Shown piece by piece: positions 23,893 through 35,151 of a stretch of DNA of 64,000 bases (position 1 is the first letter of the stretch; the number at the start of each line of letters is the position of its first letter). The notes below the pieces were generated by a model, which searched no databases, was not told where the DNA came from, and saw nothing but the letters and a program-made list of their open reading frames with translations. Location: assembly GCA_965247265.1 (NCBI GenBank), contig OZ252002.1, forward strand, positions 2,108,863 to 2,172,862. The letters are read 5' to 3'. This DNA is from Gammaproteobacteria bacterium (GTDB taxonomy: Bacteria > Pseudomonadota > Gammaproteobacteria > UBA4575). The translations under genes were made by a program, and so were the position numbers.

Positions 23893-25080
23893 ATGATTAA
23901 GCCGCATGGTTCAACATCTTTAAAACCTTTATATGTTCAAAGTGATGACGAGCGTAAACAATTAGAGCAAGAAGCTAAAAGCTTACCTTCAATTACTATA
24001 AATTCTGCAACAGCCTCAAATGCTGTGATGTTAGGTGCAGGTTATTTCACTCCACTAACAGGATTTATGAATATTGCTGATGCCATGTCTGTTGCCAACA
24101 CCATGCAAACCAGTGACGGTTTATTTTGGCCAACCCCGATTTTAAATATTGTTGAAGACGTCTTATCAATAGAAACTGCAAAACGAGTTGCTTTATGTGA
24201 TTCAAATATTGAAGGTAATCCTATACTTGCTATTCAAGACGTGGAATCAATTGAAGAACTAAGTGAAAATCAGATTAATACAATTACTGAAAAAGTTTAC
24301 TGCACTACAGAAACCGATCACCCAGGTGCTGCTACATTTATGTCGCATGGCAAGTATGTAATTTCAGGTCCAATCCAAGTGCTTAACTATAGTTACTTTA
24401 GAGAAGAATTCCCCGAGACATTCAGAACTGCAGTTGAAATACGAGATGAAATTGAGAAACGCGGTTGGAATTCAGTTGTCGGATTTCAAACGCGAAATCC
24501 AATGCATCGGGCTCATGAGGAACTATGCAAAATGGCTCAAGCGGCTACAGGTGCAGATGGTGTATTAATACATATGTTGCTGGGCAAATTGAAACCAGGC
24601 GATATCCCTGCTCCTGTACGTGACGATGCCATTCGTAAAATGGTTGAACTCTATTTTCCTCCTAATACGGTCATGATCACAGGCTATGGATTTGACATGC
24701 TATACGCAGGCCCCAGGGAAGCGGTGCTGCATGCAGTATTTCGTCAAAATTGCGGATGCACACATTTCATCATTGGACGTGATCACGCAGGCGTAGGCGA
24801 CTACTATGGCGCATTCGATGCACAAACAATTTTTGATGATGAGGTCCCTAAGCATGCGCTTGAAATTGAAATATTCCGAGCAGACCATACTGCATACTCT
24901 AAAAAATTGAACAAAGTTGTCATGATGCGTGATGCGCCAGACCATAATAAAGAAGACTTTGTACTGCTATCGGGAACCAAAGTACGTGCAATGCTTGCAG
25001 CAGGTGAAAACTTGCCTTCAGAATTTGCAAGACCTGAAGTTGCAAAAATACTAATGGACTATTATCTAGAGGCCATCTAG
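23893..25080 (+). CDS. sat: sulfate adenylyltransferase (single-chain ATP sulfurylase)
   Basis: 'GFQTRNPMHRAHE' and 'HxxxG'-type nucleotidyltransferase motifs. Confidence 0.85.
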   Translation: MIKPHGSTSLKPLYVQSDDERKQLEQEAKSLPSITINSATASNAVMLGAGYFTPLTGFMNIADAMSVANTMQTSDGLFWPTPILNIVEDVLSIETAKRVALCDSNIEGNPILAIQDVESIEELSENQINTITEKVYCTTETDHPGAATFMSHGKYVISGPIQVLNYSYFREEFPETFRTAVEIRDEIEKRGWNSVVGFQTRNPMHRAHEELCKMAQAATGADGVLIHMLLGKLKPGDIPAPVRDDAIRKMVELYFPPNTVMITGYGFDMLYAGPREAVLHAVFRQNCGCTHFIIGRDHAGVGDYYGAFDAQTIFDDEVPKHALEIEIFRADHTAYSKKLNKVVMMRDAPDHNKEDFVLLSGTKVRAMLAAGENLPSEFARPEVAKILMDYYLEAI

Positions 25081-25139
25081 CCCTCTATTTTGTATTAACA
25101 AGCTCCAAACTATGAGAGCATGTTAATTCTCTTTGCAAT

Positions 25140-25856
25140 TTAAATTTGTACTTCAATGGATGAAGACACACGATTTTCAATTTCATCTAGATCTTCATAA
25201 TTATCTGAAAGGATTGCAAAGACACCTTTATCAGCAGCGACTAGCACTCCTTTAAAGCGATCATCATCTAAAGTAATAGAATTGCCTATCTTTTCCCAGG
25301 ACAGATAAATGACGGTTACGGCTTTCCCACGATAATCAAGTATAAAATGCGGCACAACGTGATTACCAAATGGGCAGTTTTCAGCAAAACGAACATAACC
25401 TATCTCTTCATTTGCGATAATCCCATGTTGTTCAAACATAGAATTTAATGAAGCTAATTGTATGTTTTCATCCTTTTCCAATATAAAAAGTTCATAATTG
25501 ACGTGTGCCAATACTCGATCTTCTAAGCTATTAATTTGCCCAAGTTTGTACATGCCAATAGATGATCCAAGGGCAAGTACAATTCCTGCAGCCATAGACA
25601 TCCATGTAACGTTTCGCCGTTTTTTAGCGTGAGGAATTTGGCTTTGGCCCATACGTTGAGCCAAAATGATTCTTGATTCTAGCCCTTCGGGCACTTCAAC
25701 CTTCATTGCAGATGAGAGTTTAGTATCAAAGCGTTTGATATCACGCAAATAATCTGCACAATTTTCGCAATCTGTAAAATGCTCTAGAATCTCAGAATCC
25801 TTAGAGTTAGGATTTGTTGTAAGTTCTCTACGAACCTCTATACATTTTGTATCCAT
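25140..25856 (-). CDS. anti-sigma factor (zinc-finger, single transmembrane segment)
   Basis: N-terminal 'HxxxCxxC' ('HFTDCENCADYL'), central transmembrane segment; lies downstream of the ECF sigma gene. Confidence 0.55.
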   Translation of the reverse strand: MDTKCIEVRRELTTNPNSKDSEILEHFTDCENCADYLRDIKRFDTKLSSAMKVEVPEGLESRIILAQRMGQSQIPHAKKRRNVTWMSMAAGIVLALGSSIGMYKLGQINSLEDRVLAHVNYELFILEKDENIQLASLNSMFEQHGIIANEEIGYVRFAENCPFGNHVVPHFILDYRGKAVTVIYLSWEKIGNSITLDDDRFKGVLVAADKGVFAILSDNYEDLDEIENRVSSSIEVQI

Positions 25857-25878
25857 ACTATATATAATTCCCTATATT

Positions 25879-26370
25879 CTAAATCTCAACAATATTCTCA
25901 CTATCATTCAAACCATCATCTTCTAACATCGCACGTAATTTTTTACGCGCACGAAACACGCGTGTCATTACCGCACCCGATTTTATTCCCATAATTTCGC
26001 CAATTTCATTACAGGTATAACCGCCGAGCACTTGCAATAAAAGAGGCTCTAAATATTCCTCAGGTAAATCTTTTAGACTTTTACGCAATGCAATAACTTC
26101 AGTCTTCGCAAAGTCATCTTCAAGCTGTGCATATTGATCAATATTAACCTCATCAATGGAACTCGTTACCGGCCTAATTTTTTCAAATCTGCGCGCATTT
26201 TCACGTCGGTATATCGTAAACAACCAACTCTTCACTGCGTCTGGGTCCTTCAAGGAGTCCATTACTTTCCACGCACGCAAAAAAGTCTCTTGAACCAAAT
26301 CTTCTGCAACTTGAGCATCTTTAGTGAGCCATAACCCATAGCGATATAAATCCTTGGAGTATGCGTTCAC
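25879..26370 (-). CDS. ECF (sigma-70 group 4) sigma factor
   Basis: region 2 'ETFLRAW' and region 4 helix-turn-helix. Confidence 0.8.
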   Translation of the reverse strand: MNAYSKDLYRYGLWLTKDAQVAEDLVQETFLRAWKVMDSLKDPDAVKSWLFTIYRRENARRFEKIRPVTSSIDEVNIDQYAQLEDDFAKTEVIALRKSLKDLPEEYLEPLLLQVLGGYTCNEIGEIMGIKSGAVMTRVFRARKKLRAMLEDDGLNDSENIVEI

Positions 26371-26531
26371 TATGGCTTCAAATTGTGATGATTTAGCCCG
26401 TTAACAAGACCGGCTTTTTTGTCCATGGCTTACAGTTTCTAAGGACTTAGTTATTGTTGTTTATGATAAATATTGCTAATTATCACATATTAATTAAATT
26501 GCTTTTGCATAATTTACATTAATCAATCAGC

Positions 26532-27365
26532 CTATTTGAGATCTGATTTTTCTCCCATCAGCAAGCCAGGATCTAGGCGTTGTTGGAACCAATTCATCCT
26601 CCAATCTAGGTGTGAACCTGTCACCCTTCCGGTCTCACCAACAAGTGCAATCTGTTGGCCCTGCTCTATCCGATCACCCACATCTACAAGTATCTTATGT
26701 AAATGCAAAAAAGACGATGAAAGATTATGACCATGATCAAGCACAATGGTGCCGCCTGAAAAATACATATCGTCATTGACATACGTCACCACACCCGCTG
26801 CAGGGGCAATGACAGACGTCCCAACTGGGGCCGCGACATCTATTCCAAAATGAGGCTGCCGTGGCTGTCCATTAAGTATTCGTTGACTCCCATATACGCC
26901 AGATATTGGACCTTTAACAGGCCAGAGGAAATTTGTATTGAAATCCATACGATCATCATTAATGCTTCGCGCCTCAGATATTTCTTTGCTTTCTTTTTGA
27001 ATTCGTTTTAAAACGTCTTGATCCGGATTTACTTTCTTATCGGGTAATCCATCAATTTTCTGAACCTGATATTCGCGCGCAATTATTTTTAGTCGATGGA
27101 CATATTTTGTTCCATCCACGGATTTAGTAATAAGTGTTGAATCTGACGGATAATCACGCCCGAAACCTAATATAAATTCGCCTTCTGAAGATACACGTAC
27201 ATCGTGTTCATTAATTTTAATTTTTGTGCCCGGCGAAACTTTTCCAAATACCAGCCCACCCTGAATAAGGTTACCAGTAAGATTTACTTGCCCATTGTCT
27301 GCATTTACAGCTGCTGCGAGTAGCAGCGTTATTAAACATAAACTATTACTAAATTTTAAACGCAT
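26532..27365 (-). CDS. M23-family metallopeptidase
   Basis: 'HFGIDVAAPVGT' and 'HLHF' LytM motifs; signal peptide. Confidence 0.75.
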   Translation of the reverse strand: MRLKFSNSLCLITLLLAAAVNADNGQVNLTGNLIQGGLVFGKVSPGTKIKINEHDVRVSSEGEFILGFGRDYPSDSTLITKSVDGTKYVHRLKIIAREYQVQKIDGLPDKKVNPDQDVLKRIQKESKEISEARSINDDRMDFNTNFLWPVKGPISGVYGSQRILNGQPRQPHFGIDVAAPVGTSVIAPAAGVVTYVNDDMYFSGGTIVLDHGHNLSSSFLHLHKILVDVGDRIEQGQQIALVGETGRVTGSHLDWRMNWFQQRLDPGLLMGEKSDLK

Positions 27366-27519
27366 TCTTTATGAAAAAATTATACGAATTATGTCATCAC
27401 ACCATAAATGTAACAGTGCCGTAGTCTTACAAAATTTGTAATGACGTCAGAAGCAATCTAAATTAGAGCAAGAAAAATGTAAATAGAAGGTTAGTGAATA
27501 CTATGAACTATCAGAATAC

Positions 27520-27759
27520 TTAGTGATTATTCAATTTTGTAATCTTGTTTGCTATTTGATCTCGCAATATACCAGTGTCAATGCGTGGATCTTTCTTTAC
27601 AACAGGTTTCTTTTTGTTTTTATCATGATCTTCTGTCATCCATAAATGATCAATCACGGTATCATCACTCTCAACGGACGCGGCAGATTTGTGCTGACTT
27701 TTCCCAGCTTTTGTCTGCTTTTTATCTAATAATATATCTATTAGTGATTTTTTAGCCAT
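27520..27759 (-). CDS. small basic hypothetical protein
   Basis: ORF only. Confidence 0.3.
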   Translation of the reverse strand: MAKKSLIDILLDKKQTKAGKSQHKSAASVESDDTVIDHLWMTEDHDKNKKKPVVKKDPRIDTGILRDQIANKITKLNNH

Positions 27760-28313
27760 TATAATACTCTCCGCAGCTCACCTGTTTATTTCAATAATAA
27801 AGTACTGCAAATCAATAAAAATAGAGACTTATCACATATAGTAAATCTAAAAACATTCCGACGTTTATTATTAAGTGTCAAATGGTGTAAGCGGTAGTAA
27901 TTTTTGGTTTAACGGTTATACAATATTATTTTAGCGCCAGATTAGATCTAACTATGTAATGGCCAAATGACGTAACGATTCAAGCATTCAATCTAATTAA
28001 ACGTTTTCACTCATTTTAGGTTAATTTAATATTTTGAATTGTCTAAATTCAAAACTTTATTTACTACATCCGCTTTATATCGTTACTTAATAATTGAGTC
28101 CTGCACAATCGAATTACGCACCTATTGCACAACGCACAGCTACATCTATATTCGTTGCCCAATTAAGACTACAGTTCAATGCTATCTCAGCTAAGGTATT
28201 GAATTTTTATACTTTGCCAGTATGGCTCCAACAGGTCATCTGCTGTACGATAGGATGTAAATCCTGTGGCATTGACCACAATAACAATCCTAGATTATAA
28301 GGAGAAAAATTAG

Positions 28314-28496
28314 ATGGTTACTAATGTTGGTGATGTCGAACGTATGCTCAGAATTTTGGTGGGTTTACTGTTTATAGGCCTTGCATTTGCACAGGGTGGA
28401 ATGTGGTGGCTAGGCTTACTCGGTGTTATCCCGGTATTCACCGGCCTGATGGGTTGGTGCCCCGTATATCTCAATTTTAAGATTTCAACCTGCTAA
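28314..28496 (+). CDS. DUF2892 (YgaP-like) small membrane protein
   Basis: 60 aa with two transmembrane segments and 'GWCP' motif; good RBS 'AAGGAG'. Confidence 0.5.
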   Translation: MVTNVGDVERMLRILVGLLFIGLAFAQGGMWWLGLLGVIPVFTGLMGWCPVYLNFKISTC

Positions 28497-28620
28497 TTAG
28501 GCTCGTTTAGCCCTTAGGGGCCTTACATTTATCTGTTTTTGCCTGAAAATTAGTCCTCATTCAGGATGTGACTGCTATTGACAGTCCATATTTAATTGGA
28601 AAATTGAATATTCTATACAG

Positions 28621-29184
28621 ATGAGCCTAAAAATAGAAAAATTGCGTGACCACCTTGAGGGTGACTATCCCGTTGATGTAATTGGCATTTATATCAACCG
28701 TAGAGGTGTGCGAATACAGTATCGTGAAAAATCTGGTGATGACTCATTTGATCGAAAACTTCGCAAGGCCCAATTAATTGAATCAGTAGGGTCTTTCATG
28801 AAAAAGGCTGCCTATATGGATGCCAATCTCGATCGTAATAGCAAAATGATGTTGCAACTTGAAAGTAGTGAGGTAGCCATTACCATTCAACGCGTCTCTA
28901 GTAATTCAGTTATACAAACCCCGGATGAATATCGAATACGCGAAGATGTTGTGCGCAATACAGAAGAACAGTATATTTTTGCCACAAAATACTTTTCAAT
29001 TGATTGTAAAGACGTGGCAGAACATACAGCAGAAACTCTAAAAAAATATACATGTGCAGAAAGCCAAAAAAAATATATTTTAGAATTGCAACATCTCGGT
29101 GCGTCTAATCAATACACCGCCTACGCAACGTTTCACACAGACAATTCATATTCAGCCATCATGTCATCCGAATTATTTAACTAG
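28621..29184 (+). CDS. hypothetical protein
   Basis: ORF only; no recognisable motif. Confidence 0.35.
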   Translation: MSLKIEKLRDHLEGDYPVDVIGIYINRRGVRIQYREKSGDDSFDRKLRKAQLIESVGSFMKKAAYMDANLDRNSKMMLQLESSEVAITIQRVSSNSVIQTPDEYRIREDVVRNTEEQYIFATKYFSIDCKDVAEHTAETLKKYTCAESQKKYILELQHLGASNQYTAYATFHTDNSYSAIMSSELFN

Positions 29185-32072
29185 CTGCTGCTAAGAGTTT
29201 TCTTACCGAAGGTTTTGCAATTCTGAACTCTGAAGATTCAAAAAACTCTTGAATCGGTATTGGTCGGTCAGAGTGAAATCCTTGTGCATAATCAACACCA
29301 ATAACTTTGAGCACATCCAGAATTTATTCATTTTCTACATATTCCGCAATGGTCTGCTTACCTAATACATGGCCCATGTCATTAATAGCATTCACCATCG
29401 CTCTGCTTACATCATCATGATGAATATCTTTTACAAACATGCCATCTATTTTTAAGTAGTCTACAGGCAGGGTTTTTAAATATGCGAAAGAAGATAACCC
29501 TGCACCAAAATCATCAAGCGCAAAATAGCAACCCAAGTCTTGAGCTTTTGCATAAAAGCAGTTGCTTGATTTAGATTGGCGATAGCTGCTGTTTCAGTTA
29601 TCTCAAAACAAATTTTACTTGGCTGTATCTTGTATTCTTTTAATTTTGCCACAATAAATGGCAAAACCCTTCTGATACCAGCGATTGTCCCGATAAATTA
29701 ATAGAGCATTTATCAATTTGCATAAGCACATTTGGATTCTCGGCGAGCAGTCTAAGCACATGATTTAAAATCCATCGATCAAGTTTAGGCGCTCTGTTAT
29801 AGCGCTCAACCGCTGGCAAAAATGCATTAGGAGGGACTAGTCGCCCAGACTCATCCTTCATGCGTATTAGAATTTCAAATGCATTTTTATCAACCTGAAT
29901 ATTTCTATTAGATTTTATATTGATTATTGATTGGGCAGTAACAACTAATTTTCCTTCATTTAAAGCCTTGTCAAATCGTTGCAACCACCTTTCTTGTCCT
30001 CGTCGCCGATTAATATCAATATCGCCTTCTCTAAATATTCTAACGCAATTTCTACCTGACTCTTTAGCTAAATAACAAGCACTATCAACGGATGACAATA
30101 CATATGAAATATCAAAACATCTTGAATTTATTTCAGCAACTCCAATACTTGCTTCAATATTGAAGCTCTTTTGTTCCCATATAAACTTATATTCTTGAAT
30201 TGTTTTTAAGATTTCATGTGCTTTTTCTTCAGCTCGCGTTAAATTACAGGCTGGCAGTAATAAAGCAAATTCATCCCCTCCAATTCGCGTGAGAATATCT
30301 GAATCTCTAAGACTACTATTAACTAAGTTACTAAATTGAATTAATAACTCATCACCAGCAGCATGACCATATAAATCATTAATCATTTTAAATCGATCTA
30401 AATCAATATAAATTAGCGAACTAATTTGCTTCATGGTTTTAGCATCAAGTATTGCTTTTCTAACTTTACGTTCGAACTCAGATCGATTAATTAATCTTGT
30501 TAAGGAATCATGACTTGCTTGATATCGCAAACGTCTGGCAAGTGTTCTAAGATTGGTTACATCGTTCATTACCAACACTGCACCATATATTTTCCCTGTT
30601 TGAGAAATTAGCGGTGTAGCAATAACTTGAACAGTAAATTTTGCGCCTGCTTTAGTGACAATATCTGCATGTACTTTTTGATTACTTTTTGCTCGTCCAG
30701 ATAAGCATGAAAGCACAGGGTTTGAAATGTGAATATCAGATTCTTCATTATACAAACTCAGTATTTTGTCAATATGCTTTCCTCGAGCTTCACGCTCTGA
30801 GCAATTTAAAAATCGACTTGCCGCTTCATTAATGTACTGCACTTCGCCTCGCTCATTAGTGGTTAATACCGCATCCACAATAGAGCGTAATGTAGCGACC
30901 ACTTTATCTTTCTCATTGGCTAACTGAGCTTGAGATTGCTTTTGAAGATGTATATCACTAATAGAACCGACAATTTTGGCAACATTCCCCGTGTAGTCGT
31001 AATTTGCATTTCCACCAATTATAAACCAACGATAACCTTTACCCTTAACAGCCAAGCGAGTTTCATGGGACAGATTTTGTCGTTTATTCTCAAGAAACGT
31101 CGCCCATGAACTACTAAAAGCTGTACGATCATCTGGATGAATTAATTTTTTGAAGCTGTGCAAGTCCTAAATCGCATTCGTCAGGAACGAGCCCTAATAA
31201 CTCATACATGGGCTCGGACCACCACTCTTTACCCTCTAATCCTGCTTGCCATTCCCAAATGCCTTCTTGTGCGCCTTGAATCGCATTTTCAAATTTAACT
31301 TCACTTTCTTTAAGCGCTTCTTCTACTTTTGAGCCTGAAGTGTAATCAGTAAAAGTCCAAACCAAAAATGATCCATTAATTTTTCGTACCAGCTTAATAT
31401 TAACTAGCAACCACAAATTATTTCTATTCCAACGATTCCCACTATTTGATTTTGCTGAAAGTTTATAATCTTTTACAAATCCCTGATCTACTAACAACTT
31501 ATTTATTTTCTAATTGTTTGCGGATCTGTGAAAACATTTCGCAACCTTGCATTTTTTTCTTTTCCAGGAACGATATTTAACATGCGCATTGCCATTTGAT
31601 TCATGACAATGACTTTGTCACTATTATTTTGAGTAACACAAACCGATACAGGTATTGCATCAATAAAATTCGACCAACGCTCTGTTATCGATGCTTTAGC
31701 ACTTGAATTATTTTCAACATCTTTACTGCTATCTATTGCGTACTGAATACTTTCAATGCGAATAGCTTTACTTCCCTTATCTAAATAATATTTCCACTCA
31801 AAATTGCAACCATTAACATTATTTGCAGCCACTACAACATCGCCACTATGAAGCGCGCGATTAATTAATTCAAAATGGTCACCGGGAAGAAATCGGTTTA
31901 ATTTTGCTAGTTTTAATGTATTCAGTAACAATCGAGAAGATTCATTAGCTTTAATAATTCTTCCATCAAATCGGCATACGAGTTCAAGGGGGCCTGAATC
32001 ATCAGATCGACTTGAGATGTTCGATACAAGTTTTTTGATATTGCGAAAATGCGCTTGAGAACTGCTAGACAT
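29177..32072 (-). pseudogene. PAS-PAS-GGDEF-EAL c-di-GMP signalling protein, broken into at least 5 frames
   Basis: Fragments in order: ORFs 31503..32072, 31129..31497 and 29640..31163 (PAS, 'GGDEF', start of EAL), 29476..29664 ('EITE'), 29324..29536 ('ALDDFGAG', 'YLKIDG'), and an unlisted last frame ending 29177 ('GVDYAQGF'). Confidence 0.7.
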
Positions 32073-32382
32073 TTTAATAGCTAGGGATTTGTGCTGAGCA
32101 TCTCACACAGAATTTCAAATACTGCACTACCTAAGGACGTAGCACGCAACCCACACTCCAACTCCAAATTACTGATTACAGATGAATTTTAGCTTTAACC
32201 GATTGATAAAACCGTGACTCAGTAGAGCGAGTGTGTAATTTTAAGCATGAGCTGCTCGGCTAGAAAACGCTATAAAAACGAATTATTTTCATAACGCTAT
32301 ACAATTCAATGAGTTAATTATAATTAACTCAAAGTGATTTATATTTAGACAGATTGTGAATTACTCGACAATTCTGTTGATA

Positions 32383-32988
32383 TTATGGCCCATATTGAAA
32401 TGGCGAAGCTAAACCTGCTTTACCAGATTGGTACCATTCTATGCCATTATCATGATAACGAGCTCGTTTGGACTCATGAACAACAAGGGGGTTACCAGGC
32501 GCTACAGCCAAAGGTGGATTCGTTACAATAACAGGTTTTCCTTCCTCACCTTCCATCGGATACATTTCATTTTCACCCACACCTTCGATCACCAAATGTT
32601 TCTTTGTTCCTGTGCTTTCGTAGGTAATTTTAGCTTTTTTAGCGCTCATCACTTCGCTCACCAGGCTCGCAATAACACCTAAATGCCCTCCACCTTCACC
32701 ACTCCATAAAGAGCAAATTGCATCAAACTGTTCATCACTAGCACTGTCATCAACATAGAGTGCAAGCCGCCAATTTCCTTTGGTGAGATTACCTGGCGCA
32801 TGCAACCACACTCCGATATTAATACCGCCTAAATCTACATCTCCACAATGACCATTCTCAATGTTCCAACCAATAATGGCTTCACAAAAACCATCTGTAG
32901 GATCTTTTAATAGAATGCACGGACAAACATTCTCGCAGTTGCAAGATTCAAAATAAGTGCCTTCTACTTTCCAATTTGTTATTGCCAC
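32383..32988 (-). CDS. DUF1326-family protein
   Basis: N-terminal Cys cluster 'CNCENVCPC'; divergently paired with a DUF2182 gene, as is typical. Confidence 0.55.
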   Translation of the reverse strand: MAITNWKVEGTYFESCNCENVCPCILLKDPTDGFCEAIIGWNIENGHCGDVDLGGINIGVWLHAPGNLTKGNWRLALYVDDSASDEQFDAICSLWSGEGGGHLGVIASLVSEVMSAKKAKITYESTGTKKHLVIEGVGENEMYPMEGEEGKPVIVTNPPLAVAPGNPLVVHESKRARYHDNGIEWYQSGKAGLASPFQYGP

Positions 32989-33238
32989 TGCATACCTCCA
33001 AAAGAGTGTGTAAAGATCGACAGCTTAAAACGATAACATAAGAATAACTTGTACTGAAGCCTGAATAGAATCAAGTAAAATTGATTTATTTTTAAATAAT
33101 AAAGATTAAACTTAACAAATTATTAATTTATTATTATCTTTTAATTCAATAATTTAAATATTATATTTAAATTATATTATTATTACTATGAATGTCAAAT
33201 TTGATGCGTTTTAATATTATTTTGAAGTAATTTTAACA

Positions 33239-34039
33239 ATGAAATTACCTGCGATAGCAAGCTCAACCCTAGGCCTAAAAGATAAAAAAATTATCATATC
33301 TGGGCTATTTATCGTTGCTGGGATGGGATGGCTATACATGTTTTATATGGCATGGGCAATGGAGAATATGCACCTGGTTGATATGTGGATGCCGCCGCGC
33401 GGCGGCGCACGCCCCTGGACCAGTTGGGATTTTTTCATGTTATTTGCAATGTGGTTAATCATGATGGTGGCAATGATGACACCCACTGCTGCACCAATGG
33501 TCATGATGTTTTCCACTGTAAATAAGAATAAAAAGGCTAAACAGCAATCCTACACATCTACTTTCATTTTCTTAGCGGGTTATCTCGTTGCATGGGCCAT
33601 TTTTAGCCTTGTGATTTCTGCCATACAGTGGCCTTTACATGAACATGGCCTTTTAAATCCAATGATGAATAGTCGTAGTTACTTAATGAGTGGTGGGATA
33701 TTAATATTAGCAGGCTTCTATCAATGGACCCCAATGAAAAATATATGCCTGAAGCATTGCCGTACACCAATTGGCTTCTTAATGACTGCCTGGAGGAATG
33801 GAACCTGGGGAGCATTTAAAATGGGCCTACATCATGGCCTTTTCTGTGTCGGATGCTGCTGGGCACTCATGGCAATTTTATTTTCGGTCGGTGTTATGAA
33901 TATGCTTTGGGTAATCCTTATTACCCTATTAGTTTTAATCGAAAAAATTCTACCCTTTTCGCCACTCATGATGAGAGTTCTGACCGGCCTCATATTAATC
34001 TTTTGGGGTATATATTGGATAAGCCTTTATCCTTGGTAG
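33239..34039 (+). CDS. DUF2182-family membrane protein
   Basis: polytopic protein with MxxM-rich loops and 'HHGLFCVGCCW'. Confidence 0.55.
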   Translation: MKLPAIASSTLGLKDKKIIISGLFIVAGMGWLYMFYMAWAMENMHLVDMWMPPRGGARPWTSWDFFMLFAMWLIMMVAMMTPTAAPMVMMFSTVNKNKKAKQQSYTSTFIFLAGYLVAWAIFSLVISAIQWPLHEHGLLNPMMNSRSYLMSGGILILAGFYQWTPMKNICLKHCRTPIGFLMTAWRNGTWGAFKMGLHHGLFCVGCCWALMAILFSVGVMNMLWVILITLLVLIEKILPFSPLMMRVLTGLILIFWGIYWISLYPW

Positions 34040-34315
34040 ATATACTTAAAGATCTGAGAAACTAAATTTAACAAACATTTGTTGTGTCCGCACCTCTCTT
34101 GATGCGTTGATATGCATTCGATATAACTGGCGGATGCGATCAATATCTACTGGCAGATGTAACAGTAATATTCGTCTACTTATTCTGTGCAAAAAAACAT
34201 TTTATACCAAATACCTTCGTCTTGACTCACTAAAGCGTTATGATCCTTGTTAACATGAATTATAAAAATTTAATGTAATACTGCATTCTAAATACATGCA
34301 GCGGGAGAATTTAAC

Positions 34316-34648
34316 ATGTTTGGATTAGGTGGGAAAAACAAGGACTTCAAAGCAACGATAAAAAATACGGGGCAAACTTTTGATGTAAAGGGTGGAATTA
34401 ACCTGTTACAAGCAGCGAAAAATGCAGGAATTGAATGGCCTTGTGACTGTAAAGTTGGTTCCTGTGGCAGCTGTCGAGCAAAGCTTATTAGTGGCAAAGT
34501 TAAAGAATTGACAGACTTTGCATACACGCTTGACGGTGACATGTTAAAAAATAATTACATCCTTGCATGCCAGTCACGATTAAAAACCGATGTAGAAGTA
34601 GAACTGGACTTTGACCAAGAGGCGATAAATCCCGATTACAAAACATAG
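34316..34648 (+). CDS. plant-type [2Fe-2S] ferredoxin
   Basis: 'CDCKVGSCGSCRAKL...ACQ' four-cysteine pattern. Confidence 0.7.
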   Translation: MFGLGGKNKDFKATIKNTGQTFDVKGGINLLQAAKNAGIEWPCDCKVGSCGSCRAKLISGKVKELTDFAYTLDGDMLKNNYILACQSRLKTDVEVELDFDQEAINPDYKT

Positions 34649-34704
34649 AGTTTTCTTTTTATTTAATCGCGTGACAAATACACCGTATTTGTCACCTTTT
34701 TAAT

Positions 34705-35145
34705 TTGAAGATTGCTAAATTGTTCTGGAACGATTTTCACACTTGGAAAGAAAGTGCATACAATACCATGTGGTGCCTTCTAGGCTGTTCTATTGGTGAT
34801 TTTGGCACAATTGCGTTTTTTCAATATTTTAAGATAGACGCCAATACAGTAATTATACTTACGTTAGCGATCATAAATGGTTTAATAACCAGCATACTTC
34901 TTGAAACATTTATTTTAGTCCGCAAAAGCTTTGCGCTCAAACAAGCATTGAGCACTGCGATGGGGATGAGTTTTATTTCAATGCTCTCGATGGAAATTAT
35001 GATGAATATTACTGATTTCTTTCTTACAGGAGGTGCAAAATTAGTTTGGTGGGTAATTCCTATCATGTTGACAGTAGGATTTTTAACGCCATGGCCATAT
35101 AATTATTGGCGATTGAAAAATTTTGGCCAAGCTTGTTGCCACTAA
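34705..35145 (+). CDS. DUF4396-like integral membrane protein
   Basis: four transmembrane segments with 'CLLGCSIGDFG'. Confidence 0.4.
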   Translation: MKIAKLFWNDFHTWKESAYNTMWCLLGCSIGDFGTIAFFQYFKIDANTVIILTLAIINGLITSILLETFILVRKSFALKQALSTAMGMSFISMLSMEIMMNITDFFLTGGAKLVWWVIPIMLTVGFLTPWPYNYWRLKNFGQACCH

Positions 35146-35151
35146 TTAATT

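Noticed and set aside
33001-33238. AT-rich low-complexity tract between the DUF1326 and DUF2182 genes as a possible repeat array or CRISPR leader
   Set aside because: There is no regular repeat-spacer periodicity, only simple AT-rich runs; it is more likely a divergent promoter region. No CRISPR array was seen anywhere in the window.
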